Of a stretch of DNA of 64,000 bases, positions 32,125 through 39,900 are shown one piece after another; the first letter of the stretch is position 1, and each line of letters opens with the position of its first letter. The DNA comes from an uncultured virus (IMG/VR IMGVR_UViG_3300025011_000039) (Duplodnaviria; Heunggongvirae; Uroviricota; Caudoviricetes). Made by a program: the position numbers and the translations under genes. Below the pieces are notes generated by a model, which saw nothing but the letters and a program-made list of their open reading frames with translations, ran no database searches and was not told the origin of the DNA. The stretch lies in IMG/VR virus record IMGVR_UViG_3300025011_000039; one strand, 5' to 3'.

Positions 32125-32412
32125 CTACTCCCTAAACTTCTTCTTAATCAAGGCCAGTCTCTTGTCCCCGATGCCCCTAATCAAATCCAACTCTTTCAAT
32201 ACGATAGGTTTATGTTTCTGTCGATACTCAATTACTCTCTCAGTCAGCACTGGTCCCATACCCTTAATACTGACCAATTCTGACCTTAGTTGATTGTCGG
32301 TTAGTTGGTTAATGTCCTGCTTCTCCCCAATAGTGCAGACGAAAAACAATACTGCTGTAGATAAGATAATGGATAATAAGATTACCGATACTTGTCCACG
32401 ATGTATTTTCAT
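32125..32412 (-). CDS. membrane-anchored ComEA-like helix-hairpin-helix protein
   Basis: N-terminal TM segment; DINQ...LVSIKGMGP..TERVIEYR...LDLIRGIGDKR. Confidence 0.85.
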   Translation of the reverse strand: MKIHRGQVSVILLSIILSTAVLFFVCTIGEKQDINQLTDNQLRSELVSIKGMGPVLTERVIEYRQKHKPIVLKELDLIRGIGDKRLALIKKKFRE

Positions 32413-32642
32413 TTAGCCAACCACCCACAAATGCCCATTAGTGCCGCTATGAGTGTTGATGCCCATACTGGAGGACGGTTCTGGAATGTTTTATACATTT
32501 CATCCATGCGCTTCAATACCTCCGCAAATGCTTGTTTATCTTCTTGCTCATGTCGCTCTAAATCTACCGATAAATCCTTCTGAGCTGCAAATAATGTCTT
32601 TACCTGCTCCTGTAATCGCACAACGTCCTGTTCCTGTGTCAC
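32409..32642 (-). CDS. XhlA/holin-like lysis protein
   Basis: Coiled coil plus C-terminal TM segment; first gene of the lysis cassette. Confidence 0.6.
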   Translation of the reverse strand: MTQEQDVVRLQEQVKTLFAAQKDLSVDLERHEQEDKQAFAEVLKRMDEMYKTFQNRPPVWASTLIAALMGICGWLAK

Positions 32643-32692
32643 ATTAGCGTACCTCCTGGTAGTCAGATTAATCAGACTATGCTATACTGTTT

Positions 32693-32767
32693 ACGTGATG
32701 CAGGGTGTCGTAACCACCCACCGCCGTAAGACCTCCTGGGTCGGCGGGCATCACGTTTTTGTTTTTG
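32693..32767 (+). ncRNA. candidate antisense small RNA to the lysis leader
   Basis: Extended -10 TGCTATACT (32680-32688), multi-stem fold closed by ACGTGATGC/GCATCACGT, followed by a U-tract. Confidence 0.5.
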
Positions 32768-33459
32768 TCGATAAATAGTTAATTAATTATACCATATTTA
32801 GATTAATTTTTCTGTAATGGGTAAAATAAAACACCCCGGAGGGGTGCTTATCTTTTTTTATTAATGTTATTCCAAAAAACATTTGCATCCAGGGCAATAA
32901 AAGAACCAGGAATATGTTTGCTGTATCTAACCTTTAAACTACCACTAAATGTGTGAACAACTGCATCGCAAGGATCGCCCTGCATATACATAGTAATGTC
33001 CTTAATAGAGCAGTTATTTTTAGCTATAAAATCAGCTATTACGTCATCAAGTGGGGTTCTCTTGGTAACGCTGTTTGCAATCTCAATAGCTTTATTAAGA
33101 CTGTCTAATGTAAACGCACTTTCTTTATTATCATTAGTGCAGGCACTAGCATATGTTTTGCGTCCAAGCAAAACATCGTCAAGATGATTAAATATGCGAT
33201 CTTTTATATCTCCCATGAACACACCTCTATTATTTACAAAATCATCACCCCGGAGGGGTGCCTTAAAATAAACTATTTCTTATTATCGACAACCAAGCGA
33301 ATAGTTTTTTCTTCCTTGTGTTCATAGCAACAACAAACCGCCTCTTCGCCTTTTGGAGAGATAATTGTATTCCCAACACTAGATATGCAACCACCTTCAC
33401 CGTCATTATAAAGGCATGTTTCGACTAAACATATTATAAAGTTATGCTTCTTGCTCACA

Positions 33460-34338
33460 TCAAACCTCCTGACCGGCACCAGACTTACTGTTAAGAAAGT
33501 CATTGATCGCATTAAGGACCTTTGGTTTCCAAAGTATCTGAAATCCTTCCCACTTATTATTAGCGGCATCCTGCATCATTCCGTATTCTTTGCCCTTTTC
33601 GGTCAATTTCCATGGGTTTCGCTTTACCAATCTTTCAGTCCCAGGTTTCTTACCTGCTTCTCTTATGCCGTATTGAAAACCCATTTCCTCTAGTAGTAAA
33701 TTAACTGCGCTGGATTTCATGTCTAACTGCTCACCTATTTGACTAGCGGTTAAAATCTCGGCATCTTCTTCGCTGACAGCAGGTAAAAGTTTGCGGTAGT
33801 CGGTTAGCTGTCTGCCTGTTTCCTTCTCAGTTCTGGCAATGGCAACTGCAACCGCACGTTCCGGTCTAATACCTATTGCCTTGGCAAATTCTTTAGCGAA
33901 TCTTATTTCTGCCATTGCTTCACGATCCCATGTCGGCATCCGGCGGCGAAGCGACTTCGATTTATGTAAAAATGCTTCTGCTAAAACGTCCTTCGCCTTT
34001 AATTGGTATTCGACAAGTCTGTTCTGCACTTCTTCGCTCTCAATGATATTGGCATTAATTTTAGCCAACCATATCGGGAGAAAGTCTAACTCTAGAACTA
34101 AAATATCTTGATTTCCCCCGGCAGTAAGGGTGGAGATTTTACGCCCCCCTTTAGAAAGTACAATATCGCTATTAATTTTGTCTCTCTGTGCTTTGGTTTG
34201 GTTTTCTTTAAGGCCTAAACCATCACACACCCAACTAACTCCCACGTAAACTTTATCGTCACTGGCCTTAACCGCCATAATCTCAGCACCATTAAAGTTA
34301 ACAAGTTTCTGCTCTACCGGAATAAGTTGATTGTTCAT
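33460..34338 (-). CDS. phage antirepressor (P22_AR N-terminal + KilAC/ANT-like C-terminal)
   Basis: VNFNGAEI...VYVGVSWVCDGLGL; LTASQIG..L...S..VN.LL...GFQY...WKLTEKGKEYG. Confidence 0.85.
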   Translation of the reverse strand: MNNQLIPVEQKLVNFNGAEIMAVKASDDKVYVGVSWVCDGLGLKENQTKAQRDKINSDIVLSKGGRKISTLTAGGNQDILVLELDFLPIWLAKINANIIESEEVQNRLVEYQLKAKDVLAEAFLHKSKSLRRRMPTWDREAMAEIRFAKEFAKAIGIRPERAVAVAIARTEKETGRQLTDYRKLLPAVSEEDAEILTASQIGEQLDMKSSAVNLLLEEMGFQYGIREAGKKPGTERLVKRNPWKLTEKGKEYGMMQDAANNKWEGFQILWKPKVLNAINDFLNSKSGAGQEV

Positions 34339-34619
34339 GCCATACCTCCCACTATCTTATTCAAGCGCAACCCATCCCTCATGCCCTGCTCATATGCTAA
34401 ACGAGTTTCGCAAATCTGCCTGTAGGAATAAGCATCAAGTAATTGTGTAAGTAATCCCCGATTATCTGGACTCAATAATTGACTAACCCGATTACTTGCA
34501 ATTTTTAGCTTGTCCATCACCTCGACATACTCAGTATCCTTCTGTCGCGCCGATACGATTGCATCACTCGCCCGGTCAGCGCATAACTCCGCAAAACTGT
34601 CCTTGAAACTTTTTTCCAT
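34335..34619 (-). CDS. helical hypothetical protein (DUF6809-like)
   Basis: AYEQGMRDG motif; co-transcribed with the antirepressor. Confidence 0.55.
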   Translation of the reverse strand: MEKSFKDSFAELCADRASDAIVSARQKDTEYVEVMDKLKIASNRVSQLLSPDNRGLLTQLLDAYSYRQICETRLAYEQGMRDGLRLNKIVGGMA

Positions 34620-34672
34620 CTTTCTACCTCCCCGTATTTAACTTCTATATATATGCTTTAACCTCTAAGGTT

Positions 34673-34701
34673 ATTATATATCTTTATAAATTTCATGTCA
34701 A
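34673..34701 (-). promoter_or_regulatory. consensus sigmaA promoter TTGACA-17-TATAAT
   Basis: Exact consensus on the minus strand upstream of the 34619 ORF. Confidence 0.75.
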
Positions 34702-34787
34702 TAGCTTTAGGAGTTATTTTGAAATTTAATATTGCAATTCGATAACTCTTAGTGTTATACTGTATGCGGTAGGAGGTGTAAAATGCA

Positions 34788-34997
34788 ATGATGATAATAA
34801 AAGTATCAGATATGATGGGTAAAAGAAAAATAACAATGAAACAATTATCCATTATGACAGGAATTAGGCCAAATACAGTAAGTCAGTTATGGCACGGTAC
34901 TTCTAGGAGAATAGAGATAGAGCAGATCAGCAAGTTGTGTCAAGTCCTCAAATGTCAGCCAGGAGATTTATTTGAATATGTGCCGGAAGAGAAATAA
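34788..34997 (+). CDS. Cro/C1-type (HTH_26) regulator
   Basis: MKQLSIMTGIRPNTVSQL...ISKLCQVLKCQPGDLFEY. Confidence 0.88.
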   Translation: MMIIKVSDMMGKRKITMKQLSIMTGIRPNTVSQLWHGTSRRIEIEQISKLCQVLKCQPGDLFEYVPEEK

Positions 34998-35026
34998 CCA
35001 CTTCATATGAAGTGGTTATTTCTCTT
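34987..35026. terminator. perfect 40-bp palindrome, probable bidirectional terminator
   Basis: AAGAGAAATAACCACTTCAT|ATGAAGTGGTTATTTCTCTT between the converging HTH gene and the repeat-RNA locus. Confidence 0.75.
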
Positions 35027-35030
35027 ATTA

Positions 35031-35115
35031 CCCTTGCCTTAACTAGCCAATCCGAACCAAACCACTCCGGAACTTTCCATGCCCCTACGTTCCGTTCCAG
35101 TCCAGACCTTTCCAT
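35031..35115 (-). ncRNA. pentanucleotide-periodic (NN-GGH) guide-like RNA tract A, 17 units (VIPR vrRNA-like)
   Basis: Minus strand: at-gga aa-ggt ct-gga ct-gga ac-gga ac-gta gg-ggc at-gga aa-gtt cc-gga gt-ggt tt-ggt tc-gga tt-ggc ta-gtt aa-ggc aa-ggg. Confidence 0.75.
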
Positions 35116-35179
35116 GTTAGCCCATCTTGTCAACTACAGGAGGCTAACCTGTAGGACTACCCCGAAGGGTAGTTTCGAA

Positions 35180-35274
35180 TCCTTACCATTTCATTGCGCA
35201 CCTTAACGTGCCATGCCTCAGCTCTCCGTACCACTCCGGACCGCAACTCACCATTCCGCTTCGTTCCCGACCTG
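35180..35274 (-). ncRNA. pentanucleotide-periodic (NN-GGH) guide-like RNA tract B, 19 units (VIPR vrRNA-like)
   Basis: Minus strand: ca-ggt cg-gga ac-gaa gc-gga at-ggt ga-gtt gc-ggt cc-gga gt-ggt ac-gga ga-gct ga-ggc at-ggc ac-gtt aa-ggt gc-gca at-gaa at-ggt aa-gga. Confidence 0.75.
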
Positions 35275-35291
35275 ATTAATTATACAGTATA

Positions 35292-35582
35292 TTAATCACC
35301 CCAAACCAACTCACGCCAATTCGGAGGAATAATACCATCTTTAAGTGCCTTGCTAATCATCCCTCTATGTCGCCCATCCTCACGCAAAACATGACAGCAA
35401 CGACATAGAGTTCTAAGATTGCTTAACTTATTTGTTCCTAACTTACCAGAACGAATATGATCTATGTGACATTTATCTAAGTCAACTAGTTTGCCACAGT
35501 GCTTACATTTACCCTTATCTCGTTCCCAGACTATTGTTCTTAGTTTTTGCCATATTTCTTTAGGAGGTCTTTTCCTCGGCAT
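35292..35582 (-). CDS. HNH endonuclease
   Basis: WERDKGKCKHCG...HIDHI...N..SNLRTLCRCCH; AGGAGG RBS; overlaps the end of the RAMP gene. Confidence 0.9.
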   Translation of the reverse strand: MPRKRPPKEIWQKLRTIVWERDKGKCKHCGKLVDLDKCHIDHIRSGKLGTNKLSNLRTLCRCCHVLREDGRHRGMISKALKDGIIPPNWRELVWGD

Positions 35583-36192
35583 TATCTTCCTCCTGTATTT
35601 CAAAAGATAATACATCAAATCTTCCATATCCAACAGAACGACCATCGCCAATGCCGGACAATTTACCTGCATCAATAATAGCAGAGTGCATCTCTTGGCG
35701 ACTAACAACCGTTTTATCGAACATTATTGAAAATTTACACTCCCATCCGGGGCAAGTAGCAACGCGATAACGAATGTTTCTAGACTTGGTTGACGGATTA
35801 CGTACTGAGCGAACGTCAATATAAACCAATTCTTCGTCAGCATTATAATACTTATGCGGTTTTTCGTGAATATCTTCCGGTAAATTACGATTAACCAATA
35901 CCTTATCATCAAGTACCTGCAATGTTGCTGATACCAAACTTTGAATTGAGCCTTTGCCCTTCTTAATGAACTTAGCGCCTGCAATGTATGTTCCGAAGAA
36001 ATAAGAACCAGGTAAATATAACTGTCCACTCTTGGTTGCTACATATGTTTTGCGCCATTCCTCCGGATCGTGTCCGGCAACTCCTGTCCTCTCTTGTTTT
36101 TCAAGTGGCAAAGAATCAGGACCAAATACATGCCACAACAGAGGTCTAATTCCTTTTATTTCGATTGTTGCCGTTAGAATGTTTTTGCCCAT
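35560..36192 (-). CDS. stand-alone Cas7/RAMP-like protein (Vipr-like)
   Basis: N-terminal strand TIEIKGIRPLL, LYLPGSYFFG (compare Csm3/Cmr YIPGSSLKG) and C-terminal Gly-rich loop GIGDGRSVGYGRFDV. Confidence 0.75.
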   Translation of the reverse strand: MGKNILTATIEIKGIRPLLWHVFGPDSLPLEKQERTGVAGHDPEEWRKTYVATKSGQLYLPGSYFFGTYIAGAKFIKKGKGSIQSLVSATLQVLDDKVLVNRNLPEDIHEKPHKYYNADEELVYIDVRSVRNPSTKSRNIRYRVATCPGWECKFSIMFDKTVVSRQEMHSAIIDAGKLSGIGDGRSVGYGRFDVLSFEIQEEDNAEEKTS

Positions 36193-36361
36193 GCCGTATT
36201 CCTCCTAAGACACCTTATTGGTATGTAATTATTTACAACTTCTTAAATATTATTATAACATATCATAAATATAAGTCAATATAATTATCTTTGATTTGTC
36301 GAATATTTTTTGATATAATAATATATATATTTAAGATATAGTAAACAGGAGGTAAATTAAT

Positions 36362-36565
36362 TTGATTAGCTATAAACTATTCCAAAAAATGTTGATTGAT
36401 AAAAATATAAAAAAACAAGATTTAATGAAACAAGCCAAAATATCTGGAGGCACTATGGCAAAACTAAATACCAACGAATATGTTTCATTGGAAGTTATAG
36501 ATCGTCTTTGTGCTACACTTAGATGTCAACCGGGAGATCTATTTGAATATGTCGACGGTAAATAA
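36362..36565 (+). CDS. Cro/C1-type (HTH_26) regulator
   Basis: MISYKLF...KQDLMKQAKISGGTMAKL...VSLEVIDRLCATLRCQPGDLFEY. Confidence 0.88.
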   Translation: MISYKLFQKMLIDKNIKKQDLMKQAKISGGTMAKLNTNEYVSLEVIDRLCATLRCQPGDLFEYVDGK

Positions 36566-36585
36566 AAGAAGGAAACTAATCCACC

Positions 36586-36945
36586 ATGTTGAATATAGTT
36601 TTAAAAGGGGTGATAACTATAATTACTTTCTTATACTCTCTATTGGTACTATATATACCTATATGGGTGCTTGCCGTACTTTTTACTCTTACTATTCTAA
36701 TGCATACTAAGTTCCCAGACAATGCTTTAACTAAGAGACTAAAAAACTTTCTAACCAACAACACACTCACTTTTAGATACAGTAGAGCTTTTCTACTTAT
36801 TTTTCTGGGTAGTTACTGGCTGTCAGAAGCGGATACTATTAGAAATACATTAATAATAATGTTGTATAATGGGATTAAATTAATAATTGGCTATATCGCA
36901 GTAGATACATTAGTAAACGCCACAGAGAAAGACCGACTTAATTAA
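36586..36945 (+). CDS. AT-rich membrane protein
   Basis: Several hydrophobic segments; converges on the ejection-protein gene. Confidence 0.6.
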   Translation: MLNIVLKGVITIITFLYSLLVLYIPIWVLAVLFTLTILMHTKFPDNALTKRLKNFLTNNTLTFRYSRAFLLIFLGSYWLSEADTIRNTLIIMLYNGIKLIIGYIAVDTLVNATEKDRLN

Positions 36946-36952
36946 GTCGGTC

Positions 36953-39900
36953 TTATTGTTGTCTAAGCACTATCCCATTGCCCTTATTCCTAAAGCCAAT
37001 ACCCCTTTGTTGTAATACAAATTTTCTGCCCTCTAGTCCGGCTTTACCTAAAGCATCGATCATCCTGCGTATCTTTTTGTCATCACTAGCATTTTGCGGT
37101 ATTCTGGAAAATTCTTTTAGTGTTCTTTCTCCAACAATCCTTTGCATATCGCTATATTCTTTGGCAGTTAGTTCTATTTTTTGCCCACTAATAGTAAATG
37201 ACTTAGATGCAACTCTAGGTAGTTGCTTTGTTTCTCCGGTATTTCTAAATGTTTCTATGGCCAACTTCGCTTCTTCTGGAACTTTGTATTTCGATGTAAA
37301 TGCTGGATTAAAGAATACATTGAAAGCATCATTACCTCCATCTTGATATATTTCCTTCGGTTTTCCGAAAGTATCATATGCGACAGGCAAGTTGCCAGCA
37401 ATTCCCGGTATTTTGCCTTTAACTTTATTTTTCGATTCCTCTACCCATGAGGGGTCATATGTTGAGCGAGTTGTATTGTCTATATACTGTCTTACTTGAT
37501 TAGCTAATGTTGGTGCAAAACTAGAGGGAATATTTTTAACTGTATTGGTTACATTTTCTCCCATATCATATCCTTGTACTGCCCGTGTAAGACCTTGCAA
37601 AACAGGTTGCTCGGCAACTGTATTTAAAGCACCTTCAAGACTACCAGCAATAGTTGAGGATATATTATCTAGTTTGCCTTGTCCATCATTAAGGTTTTTG
37701 CTGATATTTGCGCCTATGCTTAGTGCCATTGCAATTGGCTGCGCCCAATCATAGTTAATTATTTTATCACCAGCAATAGGTTGCGCAGTATCTTTATTAA
37801 AACCGCTTTGCACCCACCTAGATAATGCGCTTAGATTTATACGATATTGTCCTTGCCCTGTCTGTCGCTGTAAATCTCTTAGGTCTTTATCTTTTTCTAT
37901 TGAACCTGTTATAATTCCTTGATCGGCAAGAAAATAACCTAATCCAGTTAATCCTGCTGTGCCAGTTATGGCCCTTGATAACGCAAGTGTTGTTTCTCTT
38001 TGACTAGGATTGCCCTTAAATATACCTGTTACTTTTGCTAGTTCGTAGGCAGACTTTAGAAAGCCAGCAGGCGAGTATTCTAATCCTCTTGCTATTAAAG
38101 CCCCCGGTGTGCGTGGGAATTTAAGAATAACACTCCCTACACCCCAATCCTGATTTATGTTTAAGGCATCCTTTACTCCTTGTAGTCCACGAGAAATAAC
38201 ATTGTTATCTTGAAATGTAACATATTTTCCATATTGGTCAGCAATATTCAGGACATTATCCTCAATATCTTTCATAAACCCCTGTACTATAGTCTTATCA
38301 GCTTTTCCAGTAGTATTTATAGCCTTTAAGGTAGCTAGTTCTCCAATAGTGTTATTTTTTGCCCTGGTATATGCCGCAAAATCAAAACCTTTCAAGGCTG
38401 CACCTAGAGTTCTTTCAAGATAAGCCATAGTTTTTTCAGCAAAATCAAATGTGCCACCAACAACTTTCCCAGTTGTCGTATTTGCGTTTTTAGCTCTTTC
38501 GGGATTAATATTAAATGCCGGTGATCGACCCAAGTCGTATTGTGTCTGTATACCTTCTGGGTTAACACCTTTCCAACCAGCTTTTGCGCCCTTGAAAAAT
38601 CCCTGCCAGTAACCACCTTGCCCAGCCGTTCTAAATGTTACCTGGCGGTCTGCTCCGGTCAGTTTACTAACTGTCCAGTCAATAGGTGTAGCAACTATTT
38701 TATTTAACCTTTCTAGGCGATAAAACATTTCATTGCCAACTGTGTTCCTAATTAAAGTTTTAGGATTTAATAACATCGAAATGGTTTGCGCCGAATCTAT
38801 TTTTCTAAGTATCCCAGAAGGTTTTAGAGAATTCAGTGCTCCCTGTAATTCTTGACCTGCCTCCAATCTGGCATTTTCATCGGTTGCATTTTTAAGTCTA
38901 TTGGCAAGTTCCTTTAGTATTTTAGCCATTTCGGGAGTTAATTCAATGTCCTTACCGAATTTTTTACCGCTGTTAAGTTTATTTATTTGTCGTTGTGCAA
39001 AAACTAAAATACCATCAGGTTTTAGTGCCCCCATAATTCTAGCGGCACTAATTTCTTGACCAACTTTCGTTAGTCTCTCTGCCATAGCTAGCGAAACATC
39101 TATGGCCCTCTCGTAATTACCGGCGTTTTGGTATTTTTCAATTAAACGAATACCTGTTGCTGTTTTAAGTGCAGAAGGTTCTTCTCCTTCAAGAACAAAG
39201 CGAGTAGCCTTTTCTATGTTCTGGGAAATTAAATTTTGTGCTTCAACGTCTACCTCACGTAGTTTTATGGGGCTATATGCCCCTAGTCCTCCTGGATACA
39301 TTTCCATAATATTGGCTATTTTAACGTCCGGAGAAGCTATTTCAGAATTAGCAACGGAAACATTAAACGACCTGACTTTTTCGTCAGTACCGGGGAGAGT
39401 TGATTGCTTTTCCGGTACGGTTAACCTTGCCGCCCCAATCGTCCCTTCGTCATAAGTTTCCGCTTTTTCCGGTTTTAGTCCGATATCCTCTGCCATGACT
39501 TTAGTTTCCGATGTAGACTTACTTCCTACTTCTGCGGATAACTCAGGATAGTCCTTTAATACTTCGGGAGGTGCTGGTTTGTCCTGCCCAGACTTAAATC
39601 TAAGTATCTTGTCTTGCGTTACAGAATCAAGTTTACTTGCCTTATCTAAATCATCCTTAATAGCAACCTTATTTCTATCTAAGACGATCCAGTTATCTTG
39701 CAATCCTTCCGCATAATGAACCGAATCGTATTTACCTTTTTTAAGCGCATTAAGCATGATAGGAAGGTTTTCACCACGGAATAGACCAAATACTTGACCG
39801 CTATTCTGTTCCATTTCATCAATACCAAGTCTATTTATAAATTCGTTAAACTGCTTATCATCTAGCTTAATTCCTAAGTCGTTTAATAGGTTATCTACTT

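Noticed and set aside
34948..35206. ORFs 34948-35133 (-) and 35012-35206 (+)
   Set aside because: They overlap the periodic tracts and the palindrome, lack an RBS, and their composition is a by-product of the repeat
35031..35274. Canonical CRISPR array next to the Cas7-like gene
   Set aside because: There are no 25-40 nt direct repeats with spacers; the periodicity is 5 nt, and no other cas genes are recognisable
36297..36303. Spo0A box TGTCGAA in the RAMP/HTH divergent promoter region
   Set aside because: A single 7-mer is expected several times by chance in 64 kb, so it is not supportable alone
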